Assembly (NCBI GenBank): GCA_017470645.1
Contig: JAFUYJ010000017.1
Coordinates: 5,463-69,462, forward strand
Source of the DNA: Clostridia bacterium
GTDB taxonomy: Bacteria; Bacillota; Clostridia; TANB77; CAG-508
Length of the DNA: 64,000 nt
Direction: 5' to 3'
Of the stretch, positions 30,226 through 39,718 are shown piece by piece. Each line of letters begins with the position of its first letter. Position 1 is the stretch's first letter. Made by a program: the position numbers and the translations under genes. The notes below the pieces were generated by a model. It saw only the letters and a list, made by a program, of their open reading frames with translations. It made no database searches and was not told where the DNA came from.

Positions 30226-30573
30226 TTAAGCACCCATAAATTCTTCAATAGAATCTTTATACTTCATAGCTACTTTCTTAACTTTTCCACCTTCAGCTAA
30301 GTATGTTTTGTCAGATGGATTTGTATCTATAGTAACTATAGCTTTTTTCCAGTCTGATGTTTTACCATAGTTTCTTCCAACTCTTCTTGTTTTTCCGCTA
30401 ACGTTGATTGTGTTAACTTTTAAAACTTTAACATTGAATAATTTTTCTACAGCCATAGCTATTTCTGGTTTTGTAGCTTTTTTGTTAACTTTGAAAGTGT
30501 ATTTTCCTTCATTAATTCCATCATTACTTTTTTCAGTAACTACTGGAGCGATTATGATATCTTCTGCCATCAT
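30226..30573 (-). CDS. rplW: 50S ribosomal protein L23 (with C-terminal extension)
   Basis: [32 protein letters not shown]...; 115 aa versus ~95 typical. Confidence 0.95.
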   Translation of the reverse strand: MMAEDIIIAPVVTEKSNDGINEGKYTFKVNKKATKPEIAMAVEKLFNVKVLKVNTINVSGKTRRVGRNYGKTSDWKKAIVTIDTNPSDKTYLAEGGKVKKVAMKYKDSIEEFMGA

Positions 30574-31196
30574 TATGCATACACCTCCTCTAATTTTTTA
30601 ACTGTGTCTAATGTTAATACTAAGTTTTTATATTTTAATAAGTCATAAACATTGATTGTGTTAACTTGTAATGTTTTAACATTTTCAATATTTCTAGCTG
30701 ATTTTTGAACGTTTTCATTTTTGTCAGCTAATACGATTAATGTTTTTCCTTCTACTTTTAAGTTTGTTAAAGCATTAACCATTTGTTTTGTTTTGATTGA
30801 ATCAAAGTTGAAAGCGTCTACAACTGTTAATTCGTTCTCTAATACTTTTGAGCTTAATAAAGATTTAATAGCTAATCTTCTTTCTTTCTTATTAACTGTA
30901 TATTTATATGAACGAGGTTTTGGACCTAAAGCGATACCACCTTTAATCCATTGTGGAGCTCTGATACTTCCTTGTCTTGCTCTACCTGTTCCTTTTTGTC
31001 TCCATGGTTTTCTACCACCACCACGAACTTCTGCTCTTGTTTTTGTGCTTTGAGTACCTTGTCTTTGGTTAGCTAAGAAGTTAACTAAAACACTGTGTAC
31101 TACTGCTTCATTTGGTTCAATTCCAAATATTTCTTCTTTCAAATCTACACTTGAAACTTTTTTACCTTCTACATTATATACGTCTATACTAGGCAT
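30573..31196 (-). CDS. rplD: 50S ribosomal protein L4
   Basis: ...[26 protein letters not shown]... Confidence 0.97.
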   Translation of the reverse strand: MPSIDVYNVEGKKVSSVDLKEEIFGIEPNEAVVHSVLVNFLANQRQGTQSTKTRAEVRGGGRKPWRQKGTGRARQGSIRAPQWIKGGIALGPKPRSYKYTVNKKERRLAIKSLLSSKVLENELTVVDAFNFDSIKTKQMVNALTNLKVEGKTLIVLADKNENVQKSARNIENVKTLQVNTINVYDLLKYKNLVLTLDTVKKLEEVYA

Positions 31197-31213
31197 TTCT
31201 TAATCCTCCTTCC

Positions 31214-31840
31214 TTATGCTTTTACACTTTTTCTTAATTTTAATATTGCACCTTTAGCTCCTGGTACACTACCTTTGATTAAGATAACATTTTTATCCAT
31301 ATCAACTTTTACAACATCTAAGTTTTGAATTGTAACTGTTACTCTTCCCATATGTCCTGGTAATTTTTTACCTTTGAAAACTCTACCTGGAGTTGATGTT
31401 GGTCCCATTGAACCTGGTCTTCTGTGATACATTGAACCATGTCCCATTGGTCCTCTTGATTGTCCGTGTCTTTTAATAACACCTTGGAAACCTTTACCTT
31501 TTGTTGTTCCTTGAACATCAATTTTGTCTCCTGCTTCAAAAGCGTCAGCTTTGATTTCTGAACCTACTGTTAAGTCTTCGAAATCTTCAACTCTGAATTC
31601 TCTTAAATGTTTTTTGTTAGCTAAACCAGCTTTTGCAAAATGTCCTCTTTCTGGTTTGTTTAATTTAGATTCTTTTACATCTTCGAATCCTAATTGGATA
31701 GCGTTGTATCCGTCTGTTTCAACTGTTTTAACTTGTGCTACTACACAAGGACCAGCTTCGATTACTGTTACTGGAATAACTTTTCCTTTTTCATCAAATA
31801 TTTGAGTCATTCCAACTTTCTTTCCTATAATTGTTTTCAT
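31214..31840 (-). CDS. rplC: 50S ribosomal protein L3
   Basis: [28 protein letters not shown]... Confidence 0.97.
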   Translation of the reverse strand: MKTIIGKKVGMTQIFDEKGKVIPVTVIEAGPCVVAQVKTVETDGYNAIQLGFEDVKESKLNKPERGHFAKAGLANKKHLREFRVEDFEDLTVGSEIKADAFEAGDKIDVQGTTKGKGFQGVIKRHGQSRGPMGHGSMYHRRPGSMGPTSTPGRVFKGKKLPGHMGRVTVTIQNLDVVKVDMDKNVILIKGSVPGAKGAILKLRKSVKA

Positions 31841-32038
31841 TTTTAAAATTCCTCCTAACTATTGGCTGATAATTTTATTTCATTATAGCTAATGTATATC
31901 AGCTTGGTTTTGATTTGCTTTCTTATTTATATATGTAAGAAAACCTTTCCGAACTTTAAAGTTTAGTTCTAACTAATTAAAACTCTATTTAATTTTTTCT
32001 TTCGAGTTATAACTTTCTTTCATAATTCAAAAGAAAAA

Positions 32039-32371
32039 TTATAATTTGATTTCAATATCAACACCTGCAGGTAATTCTACTTTCATTAAAGTATCTACAG
32101 TTTTTTGTGTTGGGTAAAGAATATCTATAACTCTTTTATGTGTTCTCATTTCAAATTGTTCTCTTGAATCTTTGTGTTTGTGTGGAGAACGTAAAATTGT
32201 TATAATCTCCTTTTCTGTTGGTAGTGGAATAGGACCTGAAACTTTTGCTCCTGTTTTTTTAGCAGTATCTACTATTTTTTCAGCAGACTGTTCTAATACT
32301 ACATGATCATAAGCTTTTAATCTTATTCTGATTTTTTCACTTGCTACCGCATTTCCTTTTACTGTTGCCAT
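32039..32371 (-). CDS. rpsJ: 30S ribosomal protein S10
   Basis: ...[40 protein letters not shown]... Confidence 0.97.
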   Translation of the reverse strand: MATVKGNAVASEKIRIRLKAYDHVVLEQSAEKIVDTAKKTGAKVSGPIPLPTEKEIITILRSPHKHKDSREQFEMRTHKRVIDILYPTQKTVDTLMKVELPAGVDIEIKL

Positions 32372-32748
32372 GTAATTTTCCCTCCTTAAAATATTTTTAT
32401 TTTGGTCGGAAGTTATAAACGCACCCTGGTGTTTTGTAAAACTCTAATATTTAAACCCAAGTTTTTGCATGATATTCTTGGGATAAGTGCACGACTTTCT
32501 GACAATAAAAATATGCTTTTAGCACTTATATGTAGCTTTATAATTTTTGATTGATTGTTTAATTAATCTCTCTAATTACTCTGCTTCATACAACTTAAAG
32601 CATTTTTTATCTTTCGAAGTCTAAATATTTTAAATAACTTACCGCCTTGGTCTAAGCCACGACATACTCCATAAGAGTTCCCTCCATCCCTGCTATTTCA
32701 AAGGATGTAGCCACATCTTACTTCATCGCTAATCTTACATGCCCTACT
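32372..32748 (-). promoter_or_regulatory. ~370-nt 5' leader of the S10 operon (structured-RNA candidate)
   Basis: Lies between a consensus promoter (32749-32777) and the rpsJ ATG. The first ~100 nt are locally G+C-rich (GGCTACATCC...GGGATGGAGGGAAC...GTCGTGGCTTAGACCAAGGCGG). Weak hairpin CCCAAG/CTTGGG at 32456-32482. Confidence 0.45.
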
Positions 32749-32777
32749 ATTATATATTGATTGCTTGTTAAAGTCAA
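32749..32777 (-). promoter_or_regulatory. Sigma-A consensus promoter of the S10 operon
   Basis: Minus strand reads TTGACT, 17 nt, TATAAT. Confidence 0.7.
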
Positions 32778-32855
32778 TAGTTTTGTTGGATTTTTTTTAT
32801 TTTTTTGTGATATAAACTTATGAATTATTGAATTAATTATTTAAGTTCTAATAGC

Positions 32856-32890
32856 ATAAAAATAAGACATGCAATTAGTTTACATGTCTT
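32856..32890 (-). terminator. Intrinsic terminator after the PPIase gene
   Basis: AAGACATG, 11-nt loop, CATGTCTT, then AUUUUU on the minus strand. Confidence 0.7.
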
Positions 32891-32899
32891 GTGTTTATA

Positions 32900-33649
32900 T
32901 TAATAGCTTCCGCCATACATTCTGCTGTAAAATTGATTCATTAAATCATCATAATTCACAACTTCAGGTGTTCCATAATCTACACCGAAAGTATCCACTG
33001 TTATAGATTTTATTATTATTGTATTCTTATTATCTTCTTCATTTTCTTCTGTTACTGCTTTTACTTCATTATCTGTTTCATCAGTATCTTCAATTCTACT
33101 ATTAGCAATTGCATCTAAAACATCCATTCCTTCAACAACTTTACCAAATGGTGCATAAAGTTCATTATAACTATCAATATCAGCTGTTAAAATAGCAAAT
33201 TTACTATTAGCAGTATTTAATAATTCTTTATATCCCCTAGATTCATTTGGCATAGTAATTACACCTTTTTCATGTTTTATATAATTTTTTACTCCATTTA
33301 AAAGTATATCAGCTTTAATTCCATATTCATAATCTTTTTCAGGATATTCCTTAATGTTTGATAATGTAGCTTTTTGCATAGATGAATCTGCTACTAATTG
33401 ATTCTCTTCTATATTTAATTTATAGTTTGTATAAAAACCATTATTAGCTAATTTTATAAAATTTGAAACTGCATTTGGTGCTGACTCAGGATCTAATTCT
33501 ATCTTTATTGGATTATCATATCCCTCTATTTGTATTGTCGCTATAGGATTTTGTACCTTATATGTTTTAGACTTAATTATTGAAATCCCTACCAAAACAA
33601 TTGCTACTAAAACTGCTACTATTGAAATTATTAATATATTCTTTTTCAT
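32900..33649 (-). CDS. Cyclophilin-type peptidyl-prolyl cis-trans isomerase, membrane-anchored
   Basis: N-terminal TM helix; PNAVSNFIKLANNGFYTN ... FGKVVEGMDVLDAI cyclophilin blocks. Confidence 0.8.
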   Translation of the reverse strand: MKKNILIISIVAVLVAIVLVGISIIKSKTYKVQNPIATIQIEGYDNPIKIELDPESAPNAVSNFIKLANNGFYTNYKLNIEENQLVADSSMQKATLSNIKEYPEKDYEYGIKADILLNGVKNYIKHEKGVITMPNESRGYKELLNTANSKFAILTADIDSYNELYAPFGKVVEGMDVLDAIANSRIEDTDETDNEVKAVTEENEEDNKNTIIIKSITVDTFGVDYGTPEVVNYDDLMNQFYSRMYGGSY

Positions 33650-33791
33650 TTGAATTCCTCCATCTTTTTATTTTATAATCATAAACATATTATAAACTTA
33701 ATTCAGAAAAAATTACAAGTCTTTTAGTTAATTTTTTCAAACTTATTATTATAGAGTAGGCAAAATTGCCGGCTACCTGCAAAGGAAAACC

Positions 33792-34871
33792 CTAAATCAT
33801 AAGATTATCAAAAATAAACTGCTCCTGCATTCTCTTTAACGACTGCTTAATAGTTCTAGCTCTAATCTCCCCAATTCCATCAACCTCATCTAAAGCAGGA
33901 ATATCAGCTGCCAAAATATGTTGAAAAGATTTAAAAGACCTAACCAAATTCTCAACAATATTGGCCGGAACTCTTGGAATCTTATTTAATACTCTATATC
34001 CTTTAGTAAACACTCCAACCTCATCATAGTTATCAAAATCTTCATACCCTAAAATTCTCGCAATCCACTGTGGCTTAGTCAATTCATCATGAGTTGTCTC
34101 CCTTATTTGTGCTAGTATTTCATTTGAATCTTTCTTTTTATTAGGAACCATATAATCCTTTATAATTAATAACTCCTCTAATTCCAGATCACCAATCAAT
34201 TCATCCAATTGCATTTGAAGCAATCTGCCTTCTTCACCAAGCTCGTAAATAGCCTTACGAACCTCATCAGCAACCTTCATAACCATTTCTGCCCTCTGAA
34301 GAGCTATAATAACATTTTCCAGTGTTACAATATCATTAAACTCATATTCGTTTAAAATATTTAACTTATTATCAAAAACTTTCTTATACTTCTCAACTGT
34401 TTGTAAAGCCTGATTTGCCTTTGTTATAACCTTAGAAGTATCCTCCAACACATACCTCAAACTACCTTTGTATATAGTAATAATATTTCTTCTTTGTGAC
34501 ACGCTAACAACTAGCTCGCCAGTTTGTTTTGCTGTTCTCTCAGCTGTTCTGTGACGAGTTCCAGTTTCGTTCGTAACAATATCAGAAGATGGGATTAATT
34601 GAGTGTTAGCTAGTAATATTTTCTTTAAATCTGCACTCAAAACTATAGCTCCATCCATTTTAGCAAGTTCATATAGTTTAGCAGGTGTATAATCAACATC
34701 AATCCTAAAACCACCATCAACCAAGTCTAAAACTTCCTTAGAATCTCCAATTACAATTAATCCACCAGTTTTTGCCTTCAAAATATTTTCCAACCCTTCA
34801 CGAATCGGAGTTCCCGGAGCAATTAATTTCAATATTTCAATCATTTCATTGTCATCCTTTACTACAGCCAC
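33792..34871 (-). CDS. disA: DNA integrity scanning protein DisA (diadenylate cyclase)
   Basis: DAC domain blocks GGLIVIGD, DGAIVL, GTRHRTAER. C-terminal HhH region. radA-disA synteny. Confidence 0.93.
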   Translation of the reverse strand: MAVVKDDNEMIEILKLIAPGTPIREGLENILKAKTGGLIVIGDSKEVLDLVDGGFRIDVDYTPAKLYELAKMDGAIVLSADLKKILLANTQLIPSSDIVTNETGTRHRTAERTAKQTGELVVSVSQRRNIITIYKGSLRYVLEDTSKVITKANQALQTVEKYKKVFDNKLNILNEYEFNDIVTLENVIIALQRAEMVMKVADEVRKAIYELGEEGRLLQMQLDELIGDLELEELLIIKDYMVPNKKKDSNEILAQIRETTHDELTKPQWIARILGYEDFDNYDEVGVFTKGYRVLNKIPRVPANIVENLVRSFKSFQHILAADIPALDEVDGIGEIRARTIKQSLKRMQEQFIFDNLMI

Positions 34872-34928
34872 TTTTCTTCCTCCTATCTTATTTTTACAAA
34901 ACCTACCATCTTATAGTAGAGCAAAATG

Positions 34929-36299
34929 CTATCTAAGCCCTACTGCCTTCAAGGCCTCATTAATATTCTTAACCCCAATTATATCCATTTTATAACTTTC
35001 TTTCAACTGTTTTTTATTACTTTCTGGAATAATGCATGTCTTAAATCCTAATTTTTCAGCTTCTTTCAACCTTTTATCCATTAAATTGACGGTACGTACC
35101 TCTCCGGTTAAACCTACCTCACCAATGGCTACAACATCTTTTGAAACACTCAAATTTTTAAAGCTAGAAGCAACTGCTAGAATAACTCCTAAATCAACCG
35201 CAGGTTCATTAATTCTCATTCCGCTTACTACATTTATATATGCGTCTTGATTTCCTAAATTAAATCCAGCCTTTTTCTCTAAAACTGCCATTAATAAGGT
35301 CAATCTGTTATAATCTATACCATTAGCATTTCTCCTTGGCATCCCGAATATACTTGGTGTTGTTAAAGATTGTAATTCAATTAACAAAGGCCTTGTACCT
35401 TCCATACTTGCCACTATAACGGAACCTGCTGGATTATCGCCTCTTTCTGAAATTAATACTGCTGAAGGATTTGAAATTTCAACCATACCTTCATTTGCCA
35501 TTTCAAACATTCCAACCTCATTGGTTGAGCCAAATCTGTTTTTTACTCCTCTTAATATTCTATAAGAAAAGTATCTCTCTCCTTCAAGATATAGTACTGT
35601 ATCAACCATGTGTTCTAGCACTCTTGGTCCAGCAATATTTCCCTCTTTTGTAACATGTCCAATAATAATAGTTGTTATTCCATTAGTTTTACACAATTTC
35701 ATAATTCTTGCTGTTATTTCTCTTACCTGACTTACAGTACCTGGAGCAGATGTAATCTCATCTGAATACATTGTTTGTATAGAATCAATTATAACAAGTT
35801 TTGGATTCATATCTAATATAGCTGTTTGTATTATATCCATATCCGTTTCACCAAGAAACATTAAATCTTGGTTATTAATTCCCAATCTATCTGCTCTTAT
35901 TTTTATTTGCTCAGCTGACTCCTCTCCTGAAACATATAATACTTTTCCATCACCTTTTACTTTATCGCATATTTGTAATATTAATGTAGATTTTCCAATT
36001 CCTGGTTCTCCTCCGATTAATACTAACGAACCATTTACTAAACCTCCACCTAATACTCTATCTAATTCTTCAAAACCAGTTGAAACTCTTACATCTTCCT
36101 TTCCTATTACATCATTAAGTTTTAGTGGCTTTGCACTCTTTCTTTCTGAATTACCACCACCTAGTTTATCGTTACTTTTACTTATTTTTTCTTCATAGAA
36201 ACTATTCCATTCATTACATCCAGGGCATTTTCCAAGCCATTTGCTAGATTCATATCCACAATTATTACACACAAATACAGTCTTCACCTTATTCGCCAT
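34929..36299 (-). CDS. radA: DNA repair protein RadA/Sms
   Basis: N-terminal CNNCGY..CPGC zinc finger, Walker A GEPGIGKST, KNRFG motif, Lon-like C-terminus. Confidence 0.95.
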   Translation of the reverse strand: MANKVKTVFVCNNCGYESSKWLGKCPGCNEWNSFYEEKISKSNDKLGGGNSERKSAKPLKLNDVIGKEDVRVSTGFEELDRVLGGGLVNGSLVLIGGEPGIGKSTLILQICDKVKGDGKVLYVSGEESAEQIKIRADRLGINNQDLMFLGETDMDIIQTAILDMNPKLVIIDSIQTMYSDEITSAPGTVSQVREITARIMKLCKTNGITTIIIGHVTKEGNIAGPRVLEHMVDTVLYLEGERYFSYRILRGVKNRFGSTNEVGMFEMANEGMVEISNPSAVLISERGDNPAGSVIVASMEGTRPLLIELQSLTTPSIFGMPRRNANGIDYNRLTLLMAVLEKKAGFNLGNQDAYINVVSGMRINEPAVDLGVILAVASSFKNLSVSKDVVAIGEVGLTGEVRTVNLMDKRLKEAEKLGFKTCIIPESNKKQLKESYKMDIIGVKNINEALKAVGLR

Positions 36300-36432
36300 A
36301 TCTGCCTCCTTTTTATATTGTACATCTTTGAAAACTTTATCATATTTTCCATTTTTTTTCCACCTTTTTTTAATAATTATAAAAAGTGATGAAATAACTC
36401 ATCACTTTCTCATATATAAAAATATCTTATAC

Positions 36433-38082
36433 CTAGTATCCTTCTACTATTCTAACTATTTGTTGTTCCAGATCCTTTATTCTATTGTTTAGTCTTATAA
36501 TTTCAGCATCATTTGTATCTGCTGTTTGTAAATCTTCTTTTACCATTTGTTCCATATCTTGCAATTCTTCTTTTAAAGTTTCTAACCTATCTAAAACTTG
36601 AAGTTTTACATATTTTTGACTATTATTATTTTCTATCTTATCCACCATTTTTATTGTTTCACTTAAATCATATTTTTCACCAAATGATGGAATTGTTACA
36701 GGAATTTCTGTTGTTTCAGCAATTTTTTGTTTTAATACCTTTTGACCTTCTGGCTCACCATGAACTAAAAATATGTGTTCAGGCTTCTTCGCAAATGAAT
36801 AAATAAAGTTTAATAAACCTTCTTGGTCAGCATGTCCTGAATATCCCTCTATGTATTCAATTCTTGCATTTACAGATATTTCTTCTCCAAATATTTTTAC
36901 GGTTTTTGCACCATCTACAATTTTTCTTCCCAAAGTACCTGGTGCTTGATATCCTACAAACAAAATAGTATTTTTTGGATTCCATATATTATGTTTTAAA
37001 TGATGTTTAATTCTGCCAACTTCGCACATTCCACTTGCTGAAATTATTATAGACGCTTCATCATCTTCATTTAATTCTTTTGATTCTTGAGCTGTTCTAG
37101 TAAACCTTAATCCAGGGAATTCTAATGGATTATCTCCGCTTTGAATTAACCTTTGTGTATCTTCGTCAAATAGTTCCATATTTTCTTTAAAAACTTCTGT
37201 TGCAGATATTGCAAGTGGACTATCTACATATACTGGTGTATGCATTAAAATTTCGTACTTTCTTAAGAAATCAGTGTCATGTTTTTGCTCTTTTAAATTA
37301 TTTAATTCATATAGAATTTCTTGTGTTCTACCAACTGCAAATGATGGAATAACAACCGTTCCTCCATTTCTTATTGTTTCAGATACTATATCAACAAATA
37401 ATTCTGCTTTATCATCATTTCTCATATGATGTCTATCACCATATGTTGATTCCATAACAAGATAATCTGCATCTTCTATCATTGTTGGTTCAGATAAAAG
37501 TGGTATGTCGTTGTTTCCTAAATCTCCTGTAAATACTATTTTTTTATTTACCCCATTTTCCCTAATCCATATTTCTATGATAGCTGAACCTAACATATGA
37601 CCTGCATCATTGAACCTTACGTGAATATCATCATCAATTTCTATTAATTGATCATAATTTACCGGATTAAACAACTCTAATGACATTAATGCTGTGGCTA
37701 CATCATATATTGGTTCTATTGTTTTTTCTCCTTTTCTTAGTTTTTTTCTGTTTTTCCAGTCAGCTTCCATTTCTTGAATATGTCCACTATCAGGAAGCAT
37801 AATTGCACATAAATCACATGTTGCCTTTGTTGCATAAATTCTTCCCCTATATCCATCTTTGTATAACTTTGGAATTCTTCCTGAATGATCTATATGAGCA
37901 TGCGTTAATAGCATAAAATCTATGTCGTTAACATCAAATTGAAAATCTTCTTCGTTTTCCATTTCAACAGTAGCTTGTCCCTGAAAAAGTCCACAGTCTA
38001 CTAAAAATTTCTTTCCTGCTCCCTCTACTAGAAAATTTGAACCTGTTACCGTTTTCGTTGCTCCTAGAAAAGTAATATTCAT
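36433..38082 (-). CDS. MBL-fold beta-CASP family hydrolase (RNA/DNA-metabolising type) with C-terminal coiled-coil tail
   Basis: HAHIDHSG metallo-beta-lactamase motif; beta-CASP-like middle; last ~90 aa heptad-like (LETLKEELQDMEQMVKEDL...IKDLEQQIVRIVEGY). Confidence 0.75.
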   Translation of the reverse strand: MNITFLGATKTVTGSNFLVEGAGKKFLVDCGLFQGQATVEMENEEDFQFDVNDIDFMLLTHAHIDHSGRIPKLYKDGYRGRIYATKATCDLCAIMLPDSGHIQEMEADWKNRKKLRKGEKTIEPIYDVATALMSLELFNPVNYDQLIEIDDDIHVRFNDAGHMLGSAIIEIWIRENGVNKKIVFTGDLGNNDIPLLSEPTMIEDADYLVMESTYGDRHHMRNDDKAELFVDIVSETIRNGGTVVIPSFAVGRTQEILYELNNLKEQKHDTDFLRKYEILMHTPVYVDSPLAISATEVFKENMELFDEDTQRLIQSGDNPLEFPGLRFTRTAQESKELNEDDEASIIISASGMCEVGRIKHHLKHNIWNPKNTILFVGYQAPGTLGRKIVDGAKTVKIFGEEISVNARIEYIEGYSGHADQEGLLNFIYSFAKKPEHIFLVHGEPEGQKVLKQKIAETTEIPVTIPSFGEKYDLSETIKMVDKIENNNSQKYVKLQVLDRLETLKEELQDMEQMVKEDLQTADTNDAEIIRLNNRIKDLEQQIVRIVEGY

Positions 38083-38085
38083 ATT

Positions 38086-39651
38086 TTATCCTCCTATTTT
38101 AAATACTTTTGTTTTTCTTTCTTTTTTATTTGTAATATCTTCCTCTAATGGAATATCGAAGTTTTGCTGATAATCCATCATTTTATCGTCATAATATTGC
38201 ACTTCAATTTGATTATCTTTTATAAAACTAATTTTTATTGATAAATTTTGAAGTTCAATCATTTTTGTTCGAAATATATATTTTAAGATCTCATAATTAA
38301 GTTTCGAACTTTTAAAACCAAGTTCAATAACTTTATTTTCAATCATTTTATTTACTAATTCTTTTGCTACTTCATCAAATTCTTTTGCTATTTTATCGTT
38401 TTGTATTACTGAACCATCCTTCTTATATAATAAATTAGCAAAATATCTTAATTGAACTGCTATATTATATAAATCTCTTTTTATTTCAGTATTTGATATT
38501 TTTAGTTTCATACATTCCAAAAAATCTATTTGTAATTTGATAATTTTATTCTGTACTCCAATTTTTTCTTTTCCATCATCTACAAAATTGTACAATTTTA
38601 GTGTTGTTTCGTAATCATCATGATTAAATAGATACTGTTTTTTACGAAGAACTTTATTATTCTCTTTTATCTTTAATAATAAATCCTTTTTTTCATTTTC
38701 TTTATCTTCCACAAAATTACTAATACAAAAATATCTGTCCTTATCTTCCTCTATACATTTTAAGTATTCTTGTCTAATTATTTTTATATCATTTAGCATT
38801 TCATCAATTTTTTGAATTCTTTTACTAATATCAGAACTATCTTTGGTTTTATCCTCAACATACTCTTTTCTAGTATTAAGCATGTTTTTCTTATTTATTA
38901 AATTCTTTTTAAATTTAAAACATTTTTCATGATTTTCTTTAGATTGGTTATTGTACAATATAACGCACAATTCAAACAAGTCCATTATAAAGTCATATCC
39001 TGGTTTATCATATTGCATTTCATTTATTTTCTTATTTAAGGCTTCTACTATATTGGATTTTCTAAAGCATTCATTTAAATTTTCATAACCCAATAGTACT
39101 AATGCATTTTGAAATATTAAGTTGTATATAATATTGTCTGAGTTATCAAATTGAATGTTCCATGACCAGCCTGTAAAATCACGTATTGGCTCTGTGGAAT
39201 TAATTGTTTTTCCTCTCATCAAAACGTTGTTTACGCACTCATTTGTATAGTCTTCTAATAGATATTTATCATAGCAAATATTTTTTTCGTTTAATTCATA
39301 TATAGCGTATATTAGATTTAGCTCATTAGGAAAACTCTCTATCTCTCCTTTTTGTCTATTAATGATAATTCTATTGTTTTTTGATATTTGATTTGCCTTT
39401 AACAAATTTATTTTTTTACATTTTCTTTTTATAATGTTTATATAGTTTTCAAGGAATTGATTTTTTTGTGCACAATCTATCTTTACACTTGAATAATCCT
39501 TGTAAAAATTATCCATCTTATAGAAAACACTTAAAATTAAACTCTTAGCCTCTTCATCGAATTGTTTGCTATCTAAAACCAATTCCAAATCGTTTCTATA
39601 ATCTTTAATATTAAGTTTTGATAAGATTCTTTCTTTCTCTCCCAAAATCAA
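38086..39651 (-). CDS. Hypothetical 521-aa soluble protein, no recognisable motif
   Basis: Long ORF. Its stop lies 3 nt from the start of the MBL gene, suggesting translational coupling. No TM segment and no motif I recognise. Confidence 0.5.
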   Translation of the reverse strand: MILGEKERILSKLNIKDYRNDLELVLDSKQFDEEAKSLILSVFYKMDNFYKDYSSVKIDCAQKNQFLENYINIIKRKCKKINLLKANQISKNNRIIINRQKGEIESFPNELNLIYAIYELNEKNICYDKYLLEDYTNECVNNVLMRGKTINSTEPIRDFTGWSWNIQFDNSDNIIYNLIFQNALVLLGYENLNECFRKSNIVEALNKKINEMQYDKPGYDFIMDLFELCVILYNNQSKENHEKCFKFKKNLINKKNMLNTRKEYVEDKTKDSSDISKRIQKIDEMLNDIKIIRQEYLKCIEEDKDRYFCISNFVEDKENEKKDLLLKIKENNKVLRKKQYLFNHDDYETTLKLYNFVDDGKEKIGVQNKIIKLQIDFLECMKLKISNTEIKRDLYNIAVQLRYFANLLYKKDGSVIQNDKIAKEFDEVAKELVNKMIENKVIELGFKSSKLNYEILKYIFRTKMIELQNLSIKISFIKDNQIEVQYYDDKMMDYQQNFDIPLEEDITNKKERKTKVFKIGG

Positions 39652-39718
39652 ACTCTCCTTTATCTTCAGTTAGTTTTAAGTAGTCATTAAATAATAAACT
39701 TAATAACTACTTAAAATA

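Noticed and set aside
15725-31805. Many 60-150-aa ORFs in the track lie antisense to or overlap ribosomal, secY, rpoA and adk genes. Examples: 15725..16174, 16687..17079, 17779..18168, 20714..21172, 22045..22425, 24169..24633, 26300..26659, 30721..31053, 31524..31805.
   Set aside because: Each is fully embedded in a high-confidence conserved gene on the other strand or frame. They have low-complexity S/F/L/I-rich translations and no RBS. These are typical shadow ORFs.
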